64,000 bases of DNA from Shigella phage JK55: the sequence record MK962758; one strand, written 5' to 3'. This document shows positions 16,309-35,177 of this stretch, in pieces. A model generated the notes under the pieces. That model was not told the DNA's origin. It made no database searches and saw nothing but the letters and a program-made list of their open reading frames with translations. A program made the translations under genes and the position numbers. Position 1 is the stretch's first letter; every line of letters starts with the position of its first letter.

Positions 16309-16706
16309 GACTCTTAAACAGACACAGCTTTGTAGTAAAGCGTAAAGTCTCTGAAGACGGTTATTATAACGATGATGGTGATTGGGTAGCTTCACAAGAT
16401 ATTGTAGAGGTTAACTGTAAAGGTAATATCCAGCCATATATCAAAGGTTCTGTAAAGAACGGTACACAGATTGCTTTACCGGAAGGTATTAGACTTACCG
16501 ATACAAGAATCCTGTATACCACATATAAGCTTAGAACTTCAGATGATGTAGAGTGGAATGAGTCTGATATTGTTATGATTGATGGTCATGAGTATGAAGT
16601 ATTTATGACTATGGATTGGTCACAGCAATTAGCCCATACGTCCCATTATGAATATATCATTATTAGAAGGGATAAAATGAATGCAGTTAGAAACAGCAGA
16701 ACTTGA
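16305..16706 (+). CDS. hypothetical head-tail joining protein
   Basis: 133-aa ORF, overlapping start/stop. Confidence 0.45.
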   Translation: MRLLNRHSFVVKRKVSEDGYYNDDGDWVASQDIVEVNCKGNIQPYIKGSVKNGTQIALPEGIRLTDTRILYTTYKLRTSDDVEWNESDIVMIDGHEYEVFMTMDWSQQLAHTSHYEYIIIRRDKMNAVRNSRT

Positions 16707-17280
16707 AAAAGGTCTAGTTAGAACCTTAGTGGATGTTATTGGTCACAGACTAGCTCGTGATAAAAATAATAGGCCAAACGTAATTAGAGCTTACCCTTCT
16801 GATAACTCAAATGACAAAGGTTTAAAACCTGACCAGCCATTTATCACCGTATATTGTCAAGATGCTGCAACACCTTATGGTTGGGTTCTTGATAAGTTTG
16901 TTGAGGATGATGTAGTTTGCTACAGAATTGCTTTTCAGATTCCTGTATTGATTACGGTAAATGGTAAAGGTGCTCACAGTATTATGCTTGAGCTTAAACA
17001 ACGATTAGAGATGAGTTCAGTCAGAGATTTAATCCTTGAAGAAACAGGAGCTACAGTACTAGACACTGGAGCTATCCCGAATGACTACACTTATCTCAAT
17101 ACAGATTTCGAAAATTCTGCGCCTCTTGTTGTAACTCTTGTAAAAAACTCAGTCCTGAAGGATGAACGTGGAAGTATTATTGAGCGTGTCATTGTTGATG
17201 GTGAGTTGGTTTATGAAGAAGGACAAGAGCCACCAGAATATACTATCCATCTAGATGTAGACTCCAAAGGGGTAAAATAA
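16681..17280 (+). CDS. hypothetical tail completion protein
   Basis: 199-aa ORF in structural operon. Confidence 0.45.
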   Translation: MQLETAELEKGLVRTLVDVIGHRLARDKNNRPNVIRAYPSDNSNDKGLKPDQPFITVYCQDAATPYGWVLDKFVEDDVVCYRIAFQIPVLITVNGKGAHSIMLELKQRLEMSSVRDLILEETGATVLDTGAIPNDYTYLNTDFENSAPLVVTLVKNSVLKDERGSIIERVIVDGELVYEEGQEPPEYTIHLDVDSKGVK

Positions 17281-18633
17281 ATGTGGAATCCAATTGTTAA
17301 TGTAGATATTACATTGAACACCGCAGGAACTACAAGAGAAGGTTTTGGTTTGCCACTATTCTTAGCTTCAACAGATAACTTTGAAGAAAGAGTGCGTGGT
17401 TACACTTCCTTAACTGAAGTTGCTGAAGATTTCGATGAGAGGTCTGCTGCATATAAGGCTGCTAAACAACTTTGGAGTCAGACTCCTAAAGTAACTCAGC
17501 TTTATATTGGTAGACGTGCTATGCAGTACACTGTATCAATTCCTGATGCCGTTACCGAAAGTACAGACTACTCAATTACTGTAGCTGTTGGCGGTGGAAT
17601 TTCTCAACCATACCAGTACACAGCACAAGATTCAGACACTGCTGAGGTAGTGTTGCAACAGTTTAAAACACAGATTGAAGCTGACCCAACAATCAAAGAT
17701 AAGGTTTCTGTGAATGTAACTGGTAGCAATGGCTCTGCCACAATGATTATTACCAAAGCTGGTGATAATGACTTTGTGAAAGTAACAACCACAGCACAGA
17801 CTGTATATATTGCAAGTACAACTGCTGATACAGCAGCAACTGCTCTGGCAGCTATCGAAGCTTACTCTACTGACTGGTATTTCATTGCAGCAGAAGACAG
17901 AACTCAACAGTTTGTCTTAGCAATGGCTTCTGAGATTCAGGCTCGTAAGAAAATCTTCTTTACGGCTAACTCTGATGTAACAGCCCTACAAGGTACAGAA
18001 TTAGCCAGTGCAAATGATGTTCCAGCACAGCTTGCTAAGAATATGTACACTCGTACAGTTTGCTTGTGGCATCACGCAGCAGCAGAAGATTACCCAGAGA
18101 TGGCATACATTGCTTATGGTGCTCCATATGATGCAGGCTCAATTGCTTGGGGTAATGCTCAGCTAACTGGCGTAGCAGCTTCTCTACAACCATCTAATCA
18201 GAGACCTCTGACAAGTATTCAGAAGTCTGCTTTAGATGTACGTCACTGTAACTTTATTGACCTTGATGGTGGTGTTCCAGTGGTTCGTAGAGGGATTACT
18301 TCTGGTGGGGAATGGATTGATATCGTCCGTGGTGTTGACTGGTTAGAATCAGACCTGAAAACTTCTCTGAGAGACTTGCTAATTAACCAGAAGGGTGGTA
18401 AGATTACTTATGATGATACTGGTATTACCCGTATTCGTCAAGTCATTGAAACCTCTCTGCAAAGAGCAGTCAACAGAAACTTCCTGTCATCTTACACAGT
18501 TAATGTTCCTAAAGCCTCTCAAGTTGCTTTAGCAGACAAGAAAGCACGTATCCTGAAAGATGTTACCTTCGCAGGTATCTTAGCAGGGGCTATCTTGGAT
18601 GTTGACTTGAAAGGTACAGTGGCTTACGAATAA
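17281..18633 (+). CDS. tail sheath-like protein
   Basis: 450 aa immediately upstream of a 148-aa tube-like gene, chaperone pair and tape measure; size and order fit a contractile tail. Confidence 0.5.
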   Translation: MWNPIVNVDITLNTAGTTREGFGLPLFLASTDNFEERVRGYTSLTEVAEDFDERSAAYKAAKQLWSQTPKVTQLYIGRRAMQYTVSIPDAVTESTDYSITVAVGGGISQPYQYTAQDSDTAEVVLQQFKTQIEADPTIKDKVSVNVTGSNGSATMIITKAGDNDFVKVTTTAQTVYIASTTADTAATALAAIEAYSTDWYFIAAEDRTQQFVLAMASEIQARKKIFFTANSDVTALQGTELASANDVPAQLAKNMYTRTVCLWHHAAAEDYPEMAYIAYGAPYDAGSIAWGNAQLTGVAASLQPSNQRPLTSIQKSALDVRHCNFIDLDGGVPVVRRGITSGGEWIDIVRGVDWLESDLKTSLRDLLINQKGGKITYDDTGITRIRQVIETSLQRAVNRNFLSSYTVNVPKASQVALADKKARILKDVTFAGILAGAILDVDLKGTVAYE

Positions 18634-18648
18634 TAGAGGTAAATTGGA

Positions 18649-19095
18649 ATGGCTATGTATCAGCAATATTCCCCTAAAGACGTTGTATGTAGCTGGAACG
18701 GCATTGCTATTGAAGGCTTTGCTCCAGACTCATTCTTGCGTCTACAGAGAACATCACCACTTGTGACACCAGTTGTTGGTGCAGGTGGTCAGGTTGCTCT
18801 GACAAGAAATGCAGACAAGACAGGTACTATTGAGATTGAGTTAATGCAGACTTCTCTCTCTAACCAGATGCTTTCTGCAATTCAAGCTAAACAAGACAAT
18901 ATGGAACTTGAAGAAGATATCTCTTCTAACTTCGTAATCTACGACCCATCAGGCTCTGTTCTGGCAACTGGTATTAACGCTTGGTTGCAGGAGTTACCGC
19001 AGATTGAACTTGGTCGTGACCAGAACTCTAAAACTTGGATTTTTGGTTGTGAGAAGTTAGACTACACTTCTACAATTCCAGCGTCAAGTGTTTAA
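18649..19095 (+). CDS. tail tube-like protein
   Basis: 148 aa, followed by a strong intrinsic terminator. Confidence 0.5.
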   Translation: MAMYQQYSPKDVVCSWNGIAIEGFAPDSFLRLQRTSPLVTPVVGAGGQVALTRNADKTGTIEIELMQTSLSNQMLSAIQAKQDNMELEEDISSNFVIYDPSGSVLATGINAWLQELPQIELGRDQNSKTWIFGCEKLDYTSTIPASSV

Positions 19096-19107
19096 TAAAT
19101 CCTATAA

Positions 19108-19139
19108 GGGGGAGACTTTAAAAGGTCTTCCCCTTTTTT
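19108..19139 (+). terminator. intrinsic terminator
   Basis: gggggagac-tttaaaag-gtcttcccc followed by tttttt. Confidence 0.65.
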
Positions 19140-19168
19140 GTTTCTTTTAAAAGTATTAAGGAATCACA

Positions 19169-19567
19169 ATGAAAACAGAATCTAGAGTAATTAATGGTAA
19201 GAAAGTAAATATCATCCTGCTTGGGGCAAGAGATGGTATTAAGATGTCTATGAAGTTGGGTAAAATTGTTGTTCCAACATTTGCACAGATGCTGTCAAGT
19301 CTTACGGATAAAGATAAGAAAGAAGCTCCAATGGTTCCATTTAAAGAGCTTGTTGAAGCTTGTTTTGACAGAATTGAAGAAATTAACCTTGAAGAGATGG
19401 CAACCCTGTTATTTCAAGGGGCAACTGTTGATGACTTCCCACTTAATATTGATACGTACTTCCAAGCAAACTATGGTGAGTTCATTGATTACTTAGCATT
19501 TGCGCTGGAGGCAAACTTCGGAAGTTTTTTCGAAGCAAGCATTTTCAAAAGCCTAACTTCTCAGTAA
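19169..19567 (+). CDS. tail assembly chaperone
   Basis: 132-aa acidic protein directly upstream of tape measure. Confidence 0.45.
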   Translation: MKTESRVINGKKVNIILLGARDGIKMSMKLGKIVVPTFAQMLSSLTDKDKKEAPMVPFKELVEACFDRIEEINLEEMATLLFQGATVDDFPLNIDTYFQANYGEFIDYLAFALEANFGSFFEASIFKSLTSQ

Positions 19568-19569
19568 AC

Positions 19570-19808
19570 ATGGGTAACACTCTACAGACACCACTAACTG
19601 ATGCTGCTGTAGAGGCAACCTATGAAGAAGCAGACGAGATGAAATTTGTGCTTGCTATTTATGGTATGGAAGGGTGTAAAGAAACACTTGACCAACTCTT
19701 TGCTATGACATTCTCTGATTTATTATCATTGAGACAATTTCTTGAAATTCAGAGGTCGTATAAAGAGGAAATTGCTTACAACGAACTTAGAAGAGCAGGA
19801 AAAATGTA

Positions 19809-19809
<1 letters not shown>
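19570..19809 (+). CDS. tail assembly protein
   Basis: 79-aa ORF between chaperone and tape measure. Confidence 0.4.
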
Positions 19810-27810
<8,001 letters not shown>

Positions 27811-27812
27811 TA

Positions 27813-28961
27813 ATGGCAGTAGGTGAAATTCAAATTAGTGCCTTGCCTCAAGCAGCCTTACCAATTGACCTTAGTGATATCTTCCATCTTAAACAGGGTA
27901 TCGAGGATAAGAGATGCACTCTTGAGCAATTACTTGCTCCACACTCAAGCCTAAGAAATAACCCTCATGGTGTTACTAAGACACAAATTGGTTTAGATAA
28001 CGTTATTAATGCTCTCCAGTTAGTTGCTGAAAATAACTTATCAGACATTGTTAATGTAGCTGAGGCAAGAGCAAATCTACAGATTATGTCTTCAGAAGAG
28101 GTTAATAATCTTATTCAACAACATATTGATGATAAGAGCAACCCACACAATACCACTAAGGCACAGGTTGGGTTAAGTAATGTTCAGAACTGGGTGACAT
28201 CTAACCTTTATAACGAGGATGCAGATAAGTATGCTACAGCAAGAGCAGTAAATAACTTGTACAAGGCTGTTCAGGCTTCTTATCCAGTAGGTACTATCCA
28301 TCTCTCTATGAATCCTGCAAACCCTTCTACATATTTAATTTGTGGAGGTACTTGGGAGTTAGTTTCAAAAGGAAGAGCACTTGTAGGTTATGATAGTGCT
28401 TCTAGGCCAGTTGGCTCAACGTTTGGTTCGCAGACTACTGCACTGACAGTTAACAACATTCCTGCACATACTCACTCAGTATACGTCACTGGTGGTGGTC
28501 ACACACACGGTGCAACGGCCTCTATCAGTGCTTTTGACTACGGTACTAAAGGGACTACAACGTTTGACTATGGAACAAAGACTGTATCTACTTATGACTA
28601 TGGTAACAGAACAACCAGTGCTGCTGGTTTAACACAAACAACATTCATTAATCGTGGTTATGCTGATGGTGGTTGGAGAGGTTTATCAGTTGAGGGGGCA
28701 AGCTATGACCCAAGAGCTACGCTGACAACAGCTAACAACCACACTCACTCTGTAGCAATTGGTGCACATAATCACACAGTTGGTATTGGTGCTCACAGTC
28801 ATTCTGTTGCAATTGGCTCCCACAACCACTCAGCAACAGTAACAGTAACCGGAGCAGGTGAGCATTCGCACTCTGGCACAACTGGCACAACTGGTTCTGG
28901 TCAAGCATTTAGCGTTGAACAGCCATCCTTCGTATTGTATGTATGGCAGAGAACAGCTTAA
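27813..28961 (+). CDS. tail fibre protein with His-rich (HxH) C-terminal domain
   Basis: repeated HTHS/HNHT/HSHS motifs, FDYGTK repeats, C-terminus AFSVEQPSFVLYVWQRTA shared with the next fibre gene. Confidence 0.7.
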   Translation: MAVGEIQISALPQAALPIDLSDIFHLKQGIEDKRCTLEQLLAPHSSLRNNPHGVTKTQIGLDNVINALQLVAENNLSDIVNVAEARANLQIMSSEEVNNLIQQHIDDKSNPHNTTKAQVGLSNVQNWVTSNLYNEDADKYATARAVNNLYKAVQASYPVGTIHLSMNPANPSTYLICGGTWELVSKGRALVGYDSASRPVGSTFGSQTTALTVNNIPAHTHSVYVTGGGHTHGATASISAFDYGTKGTTTFDYGTKTVSTYDYGNRTTSAAGLTQTTFINRGYADGGWRGLSVEGASYDPRATLTTANNHTHSVAIGAHNHTVGIGAHSHSVAIGSHNHSATVTVTGAGEHSHSGTTGTTGSGQAFSVEQPSFVLYVWQRTA

Positions 28962-28970
28962 TTTCTTTAC

Positions 28971-28991
28971 AGGGGCTGTATAGCCCCTTTT
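28971..28991 (+). terminator. hairpin terminator (weak T-run)
   Basis: aggggct-gtat-agcccct followed by ttt. Confidence 0.4.
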
Positions 28992-29007
28992 AAGAGGAAA
29001 ATTTATA

Positions 29008-31395
29008 ATGGCAGATTACAAGTTGAGTGAATTAAACTCAATTGATACAATTCGTTCAGACGACCTCCTTCATGTCAGGGTTAAAAAGAGACCTGAAATG
29101 CTGGGTGATGAAGACCGTCGAATGACCTATCAAGACTTCTTAGCATCTTTTAAACTAGAAAGGTTTGTCCAGATTGCTGGTAGCACTATGACGGGTGACT
29201 TAGGAATTGTCAAGTTACTTTATGGTGGTAAGGCAGTATTTGACCCTACAGGTTCTTCTGAGATTACTATGGGGGATGTTTTAAAGGCTTTTAAAATCAA
29301 TGCAAATGGTCTTAAACTAACTATTGCAGATGCTTCAAGGTCTGCAACTGTTTATCATACTCTTAATAAGCCAAGTCCTAATGAGCTTGGAATGAGAACC
29401 AATGAAGAGAATGATGCAAGATATGCAAGACTCGCTGTAAATAACGCCTTTAGGGCCACTCAAAATATTCTATCTGATAATGAAACTATTATTGTTAAGA
29501 ATGTTACACAAGGGATGCCGCTGTATATTCGCGGTCAAGATGCAGATGGCTCTAACAGGTGGTATCTAGGCAATGATAACAAAGGTACAGACAATCTTGT
29601 TTTAAAAAATGTTAAATCTGGTGCATATGTAGCTATTTTGGATAGCTTAATCACTGTGAACAAATCTATCCAGATTACTGGTCAAGTTCAGCCTTCTGAC
29701 TTCTCTAACTTAGATGCTAGATACTTTACTCAGACAGCAGCTAATCAGAGATTTGCACAGTTAGTTGGTAATAACACATTCAGTGGTTTAAACACATTCA
29801 ACCAACTAAGTGTTTTCAAAAAAGATGGTGAAGCAATTAGGCTACAGAATGCCAATGCTGCACAACCATTGTACATTAAGGCGATTGATAGCACAGGTGT
29901 CAACAGATGGTACATTGGTAATAGTAACGAAGGTGATAACGTAGCTCTAGAAAACTACAAAACTAGTGGCAAGATTACTGTAGGGACAAGTGTTAATATC
30001 AATAAAACACTAACTGTAACTGGTCAAGTTCAACCTTCAGATTGGACTAACATTGACTCTCGTTATGTTCTTATCGGTTCATACGCAAATCTTGCTAAGA
30101 AGAATGAAGCTAACACATTCACTTTACAGCAGAATATTCAATCTGATGGTGAAGCATTAAGAATCTACAGCAAGGCTCAGAATAATTCTTCTTACATTGT
30201 TGGTAAGAATACTGATAACACAAATAAGTGGTTTATCGGTTGTGGTACTAATGGTTCTGGTACGGCATCATTCCATAACTACTTGACTGGTGCAAGACTC
30301 GATTTAGCTGACGAAGTTCTTCTGTCTAAATCTCTACAGATTACTGGACAGGTAAAACCTTCTGATTGGTCTAACTTAGATGCTAGATTCTTGAAGGTTT
30401 CTGGAAGCACAGCAGCGAACCTTATTATTGACTCTACTAACCACGGTGTGATGACTGGTAAGCTTATCTCCATCCCAACTAGGGCTGACTGGAACAGACC
30501 ACAAGGTTTTACAGCTATGGCTATAGCGCCTGATTCAAGTGTCATCCCAGACTTCCCAGCAGGTCCAATCGCATACCTACACGTCTTTGCTAAAAGAGAT
30601 ACTAAAGGTGGTCAATTAGCATTCTTGGCAAACTACTCTACTAAGGGCATTTGGCTAGCGAGAAGTTTAACTTCAACTGATGCGATTACCTTTGAGAAAA
30701 TCTATACAGATGGTACTAAGCCAACCCCTTCTGAGCTTGGTGCATACACTAAAGCTGAAACTGACCAGAAGATTGCACAGGCAGTAAGTGACTCTACAGA
30801 CCTTAACAAAATCTACCCAGTAGGCATTGTAACGTGGTTTAACAGTAATGTTGACCCTAATACAGCACTGCCTGGCCTAACTTGGACGTATCTGAAGAAT
30901 GGCGTTGGTAGGACTATTAGAATTGCAGCAGCAAATGGTTCAGATGTTGCTACAACTGGTGGTTCAGATTCTGTAACGTTAGCTGTTGGTAACTTACCTT
31001 CACACACTCACAGTTTTTCTGCTACCACTTCATCTTTTGACTACGGAACAAAAAACACTAACACGACTGGTGCTCACGCTCACTCTGTAAGTGGCTCTAC
31101 TTCATCTGATGGTTACCACAACCACGCTATCTCGTGGATTGGTCAGAACTCTACACACTACTCTGGTGGTGGTGGTGGTAGAATCGGTACAGGTCCGGGT
31201 TACACTGATGCGGGTGGTGCGCACACCCATACAATCTCTGGTACTGCCGCTTCTGCTGGTAACCATGCTCACAGTGTAGGTATCGGTGCTCACACTCATA
31301 CAGTTAGTGGTAACACTGGTGGTACAGGTTTTGGTTCAGCATTTAGTGTTACTAACCAGTTCTACAAGTTAATGGCTTGGGTAAGAACTGCTTAA
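29008..31395 (+). CDS. long tail fibre protein with three internal repeats and His-rich C-terminal domain
   Basis: three copies of ITGQVQPSD(F/W)(S/T)N(L/I)D(A/S)R(Y/F); C-terminal HTHS/HAHS/HNHA/HTHT repeats and ending [18 protein letters not shown]. Confidence 0.75.
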   Translation: MADYKLSELNSIDTIRSDDLLHVRVKKRPEMLGDEDRRMTYQDFLASFKLERFVQIAGSTMTGDLGIVKLLYGGKAVFDPTGSSEITMGDVLKAFKINANGLKLTIADASRSATVYHTLNKPSPNELGMRTNEENDARYARLAVNNAFRATQNILSDNETIIVKNVTQGMPLYIRGQDADGSNRWYLGNDNKGTDNLVLKNVKSGAYVAILDSLITVNKSIQITGQVQPSDFSNLDARYFTQTAANQRFAQLVGNNTFSGLNTFNQLSVFKKDGEAIRLQNANAAQPLYIKAIDSTGVNRWYIGNSNEGDNVALENYKTSGKITVGTSVNINKTLTVTGQVQPSDWTNIDSRYVLIGSYANLAKKNEANTFTLQQNIQSDGEALRIYSKAQNNSSYIVGKNTDNTNKWFIGCGTNGSGTASFHNYLTGARLDLADEVLLSKSLQITGQVKPSDWSNLDARFLKVSGSTAANLIIDSTNHGVMTGKLISIPTRADWNRPQGFTAMAIAPDSSVIPDFPAGPIAYLHVFAKRDTKGGQLAFLANYSTKGIWLARSLTSTDAITFEKIYTDGTKPTPSELGAYTKAETDQKIAQAVSDSTDLNKIYPVGIVTWFNSNVDPNTALPGLTWTYLKNGVGRTIRIAAANGSDVATTGGSDSVTLAVGNLPSHTHSFSATTSSFDYGTKNTNTTGAHAHSVSGSTSSDGYHNHAISWIGQNSTHYSGGGGGRIGTGPGYTDAGGAHTHTISGTAASAGNHAHSVGIGAHTHTVSGNTGGTGFGSAFSVTNQFYKLMAWVRTA

Positions 31396-31474
31396 TCCCT
31401 TGTTGACTGATTGTTAAGATGGTGTTAATATTCTTTATGGGTATTCTCACCATCTTGGCTGATGAGGTGATTAA

Positions 31475-31672
31475 ATGCCTACAATCCTAGCAATTCTTCT
31501 AAAAAATCTAGGTAGCTTCTTCTGGAAACTCATTTTATCCCTTCTAAGTGAATACATGATTGAGAAAGTGTTCTTTAGGCTTGCAAGATATCTTGCGAGT
31601 AAAACAGACACACCTATTGATGATGAGTTCGTAGATAACTTAGAAAAAGCTTTTAAGGGGGAGAATAAATGA
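31475..31672 (+). CDS. small membrane protein
   Basis: 65-aa ORF with hydrophobic N-terminus. Confidence 0.4.
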   Translation: MPTILAILLKNLGSFFWKLILSLLSEYMIEKVFFRLARYLASKTDTPIDDEFVDNLEKAFKGENK

Positions 31673-32040
31673 AGTGGCTAGAGGAAGCTTTTAAAAACAA
31701 TATTGGTGCAATTGTTGTTGGTATTTTTAGTGTTATTGGGATGTATACCACTATGCAAGTTTCAAGTGGTAAGCAAGAAGTGTCTGTCACAACAAAGTTA
31801 CAGCAGCTAGATAATTATTCCAAAAGTAACTATTCAGCTATTCGTGATTTACAGTCTGACATGAGACTGATTCAGCTAGGGATGGAGAACCAGAAAGTTC
31901 AGTTAGAGAATGTTAAGGGTGAAAACGCAAAACTTACCAAAACTCTTGATAAATTCTCTGACAGTGTAAATAATCTGGCTCAATCAGTATCAGCCCTCCA
32001 AGCTATTACTGAGAAGAACACAAAGAATACTGAAAAATAA
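31669..32040 (+). CDS. membrane-anchored coiled-coil protein (possible lysis-associated)
   Basis: N-terminal TM segment IGAIVVGIFSVIGMYTT followed by coiled-coil. Confidence 0.4.
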   Translation: MKWLEEAFKNNIGAIVVGIFSVIGMYTTMQVSSGKQEVSVTTKLQQLDNYSKSNYSAIRDLQSDMRLIQLGMENQKVQLENVKGENAKLTKTLDKFSDSVNNLAQSVSALQAITEKNTKNTEK

Positions 32041-32046
32041 AATTTT

Positions 32047-32075
32047 AAGGCTCCTTTTTACGGGAGCCTTTTTTG
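32047..32075. terminator. bidirectional intrinsic terminator between convergent operons
   Basis: aaggctcc-ttttta-cgggagcctt flanked by A-run and T-run. Confidence 0.65.
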
Positions 32076-32078
32076 TTT

Positions 32079-32978
32079 CTACTTACCTACTGACAAAGGT
32101 GCTTCAATCTTTCCTGCATGTTGGTAGTTACTAATTCCACCGATAAAGTCACTTGCAGTAAGATGTTTCAGGTCACTTAAAGTATTAAGTTGTAGACCAA
32201 TCTCAAAAGTTGGTGCATGGAACTCTTCATTGTTCATCAGTTCATAAACCTGCTTCATATGGTTCTGATAAATCTGAGTATCCCCAAAGACACCTATCAA
32301 GTACCGTGGAGTATATCCAGTCATCTTGCAAAGTACTTCCAGAATAAAACCATAAGATGCAATGTTAAATGGAAGACCTAAAAAGGTGTCTACAGAACGT
32401 TGATACCATTGTAAGTCAACCTCACCTTCGTTAGTGATATAAATCTGAAACAGAACATGACAAGGTGCTAAAGCCATTGAGTTAGCTGCAATATCTGCTG
32501 CATTCCAAGCATTAACAAGCATGTAACGGTCTGTGATATCACCTTTCATCTTCGTTACTAAGGTCTCTAACTGGTCTACAACACAACCGTTATGACCTTC
32601 AAAGTTTCTCCACTGAACCCCGTAGATTCTCCCACCTGCATCTTCTAACCAGTCTTGCTCAGAAGAATAGTTAGAGCTTAACCAGCGTTTAAAATCATCT
32701 GACCAGATAGTCCAACGTTCCCCATCATTTTCACCCCAAGTACGATAACGGAGTTCACCAAGTTTATTCTCACCATTCAGGAACCATAAAGCTTCCCCAA
32801 TAACTTGCCGTGTAAACACCTGTTTAGATGTTAAGAGTGGGAAACCAGTACGCATATCAAAACGAAATTGTGGTGGAGCAAATGCAGAGATAACATCTCC
32901 AGTTCGTGTAGTACGCAGTTCACCAACGGATAAAACATGGTTCAGGATATTTTTGTAACTCAAATCAGCTTGTGACAT
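32079..32978 (-). CDS. thyA: thymidylate synthase
   Basis: active-site region LAPCHVLFQIYI and QRSVDTFLGLPFNIASYG. Confidence 0.9.
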   Translation of the reverse strand: MSQADLSYKNILNHVLSVGELRTTRTGDVISAFAPPQFRFDMRTGFPLLTSKQVFTRQVIGEALWFLNGENKLGELRYRTWGENDGERWTIWSDDFKRWLSSNYSSEQDWLEDAGGRIYGVQWRNFEGHNGCVVDQLETLVTKMKGDITDRYMLVNAWNAADIAANSMALAPCHVLFQIYITNEGEVDLQWYQRSVDTFLGLPFNIASYGFILEVLCKMTGYTPRYLIGVFGDTQIYQNHMKQVYELMNNEEFHAPTFEIGLQLNTLSDLKHLTASDFIGGISNYQHAGKIEAPLSVGK

Positions 32979-32979
32979 A

Positions 32980-33525
32980 TCAAAAGTGCCCTTTTACTTG
33001 TGGAACATAAATCTCAAAGGTTGCTTTACCATCCTCTGAGGGTCTTGATTGTACCTTTGCAAATACACGGCTATCATACAGTTTATCAAAGAAGTTTTCA
33101 AAAGGTAAATACACAGTGGCCTCTTCAGTGACTTTATGGAAAACTGTATGGAAAACTACACCAGCATACGGCAAAGCATCGACAAGAACACCTGCACCAC
33201 CAATTACAAAGACATCTTCATCAATAGAGCTATCAAGATACTTCAAAAATGCTCCAAATGACTCTTTACTGGCTTTAGCATACATTACATCATCTTTGCC
33301 AAAGTCTATGCCTAAGTATGGTACAGAATTTGTTAAGATGAGGTTTGCACGTTCTGGTAAAGGTTTACTACCCAGAGTCTTAAAAGTCTCATTACCCATG
33401 ACTACTAAGTTATTTTTAGTGAGTCTCTTAAACTCTTGCATGTCCTGTTTATGTCGAGGCCACGGCATACCAGTCGGTGTACCAAATTCACCGTTTTCAC
33501 CACTTGCAAATATTAGTTTAATCAT
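32980..33525 (-). CDS. frd: dihydrofolate reductase
   Basis: N-terminal MIKLIFASGENGEFGTPTGMPWP and VVMGNETFKTLG; immediately upstream of thyA. Confidence 0.8.
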   Translation of the reverse strand: MIKLIFASGENGEFGTPTGMPWPRHKQDMQEFKRLTKNNLVVMGNETFKTLGSKPLPERANLILTNSVPYLGIDFGKDDVMYAKASKESFGAFLKYLDSSIDEDVFVIGGAGVLVDALPYAGVVFHTVFHKVTEEATVYLPFENFFDKLYDSRVFAKVQSRPSEDGKATFEIYVPQVKGHF

Positions 33526-33565
33526 TTTGTAAACCCTTTCTTAATGAACCAGTTGATGACACTCT

Positions 33566-33781
33566 TCACAAATTTACTACGATGGTAGATAAAATGTGAG
33601 AGGGTTGGTATGAACCATAAGCCCAGAAAGCGATAATTTCATTACACCCTGTGCATCGGGTACTTTCTTCAGCAATATGACCATTGACTATTTCACTTAC
33701 CTCACCTTGTAAGTCTGTACACCCACAATGTGGACAACGGATAGGTGTTCCATCAGACTCATAGCAGTGTTCAATTTTCAT
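33566..33781 (-). CDS. zinc-ribbon protein
   Basis: CPHCGC...CTGC cysteine pairs. Confidence 0.45.
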   Translation of the reverse strand: MKIEHCYESDGTPIRCPHCGCTDLQGEVSEIVNGHIAEESTRCTGCNEIIAFWAYGSYQPSHILSTIVVNL

Positions 33782-34297
33782 CTATTTAACCTCAAAAACT
33801 GGCTCAAGAACCAATATAAAGCCTACACAGTCATCTTCTTCATCCAGAATACCATCAAAGTTCTTAGGAACGAAGTCGAAGAGGCTCATAACAAAGCAGT
33901 CAGAAGTGACCTTGATAGTTCCTCCCATGTTCTCTACAGTCAACACTGTACGACTTTCTTTTACCTCCCTCAGAAGATTACCCACAAAGTCGTCTAAGAA
34001 GTACTTCATCAATGACTTAAAACCTTTAGGATAATCTGTACCAGAGTATGTTTCAATCTGAGGTACAAGCTTAACATTTATACTAGTCTTTGTTAAGAAC
34101 GTTTTAGAGAACATACTATCAGGTAACTTACAAACAGTCTTTCCAGTACCTTCATGCTCAATCTCAACAAAACCAGCTTCGTCGCCACATGTAACTATTT
34201 TAAAAGATGCTTCATTCTCATACTGTGAAGCCATAAACTTTTTAAGCATCTCTTTAAGGAAGTCTGCATGAGCATCTTGTAAGAAGATATCAATCAT
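33782..34297 (-). CDS. hypothetical protein
   Basis: 171-aa ORF. Confidence 0.45.
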   Translation of the reverse strand: MIDIFLQDAHADFLKEMLKKFMASQYENEASFKIVTCGDEAGFVEIEHEGTGKTVCKLPDSMFSKTFLTKTSINVKLVPQIETYSGTDYPKGFKSLMKYFLDDFVGNLLREVKESRTVLTVENMGGTIKVTSDCFVMSLFDFVPKNFDGILDEEDDCVGFILVLEPVFEVK

Positions 34298-34310
34298 AGT
34301 TAATCACCTA

Positions 34311-34670
34311 TTATGGGAACAAACACTTAATGTCATCGTTTTTGAAAACAAAACTTGTGTAATTATGACCATCAACATCCAGCCAAACAGCCTGAACATC
34401 TACACCATCAAGATTTTGGTAAAGCTCTTTGATGAAGTGGTCTTTTACAATCTGACTGCTAGTTGTTTCCAACTTAATGTTCGAGATTGCTGAACCTACA
34501 GCCATATAGCCCATGACACGTTTCTTCTCAGTATGCTTAATCTTACCATCTTTGTAAGCCATAATGAGATTGGAAAGAATCTTTACACCATAATACTTTT
34601 CAAGGTGAGTAGGTACACCATAAAAGCCTAATGCGAAGTTTTCAGAGTGGATAATGTTTTCACGTTTCAT
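34311..34670 (-). CDS. hypothetical protein
   Basis: 119-aa ORF. Confidence 0.45.
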   Translation of the reverse strand: MKRENIIHSENFALGFYGVPTHLEKYYGVKILSNLIMAYKDGKIKHTEKKRVMGYMAVGSAISNIKLETTSSQIVKDHFIKELYQNLDGVDVQAVWLDVDGHNYTSFVFKNDDIKCLFP

Positions 34671-34671
34671 A

Positions 34672-35001
34672 CTAGTCTGCCAACCTTAAATTGAAATTAA
34701 CACCAAATTTTTCACATACTTCCAACATATACTCAAGGGAAACATTACCAGTGAGGTGGATTATGTTGGATACACGAGCCTGAGAGATACCACAAATTTT
34801 AGCAACTTGCTCTTGAGAAAGACCTCTGGATTTAATCTCTCTCTTAAAACGATGTGCAACGAAGTCTCTCATTTCGTCTACATCCATTGGACAAATATAA
34901 CTCTCCATTTCAGCCTCTCTATCAGCCTCCCAATCATCTTGTGGAGCATAAGGGTCAAAAACTTCATTCATCTTTCTTCTTCCGTTTGCGTGAAGTGTCA
35001 A
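34672..35001 (-). CDS. XRE-family helix-turn-helix regulator
   Basis: C-terminal HTH LSQEQVAKICGISQARVSNIIH. Confidence 0.6.
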   Translation of the reverse strand: MTLHANGRRKMNEVFDPYAPQDDWEADREAEMESYICPMDVDEMRDFVAHRFKREIKSRGLSQEQVAKICGISQARVSNIIHLTGNVSLEYMLEVCEKFGVNFNLRLAD

Positions 35002-35177
35002 TCAATGAATCTATGTTTGTAGCCCTAACCTTTTCACGTTCATCGTTAAGATAATCATCAAGAGCCTTTTCAATCTGTGAATCATCTTGACAGATAACTG
35101 TAAAGACTGTAAAGCCGTCTGTATCGTCAATTATCTTACCATAACCGCTTCTGGGATGTAACTTTTTAAGAGCCATA

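Noticed and set aside
19525-19531. Slippery heptamer T_TTT_TTC near the end of the tail chaperone gene, suggesting a lambda G/GT-type -1 frameshift
   Set aside because: The heptamer is in the correct frame, but the -1 frame reaches a TAA stop at 19555-19557 after 8 codons, before the downstream gene starts at 19570, so no fusion product is formed.
34964-35176. 70-aa minus-strand ORF between the HTH gene and the secreted-protein gene
   Set aside because: Could be real, but its start overlaps the preceding gene and no RBS or motif was recognised; left uncalled.
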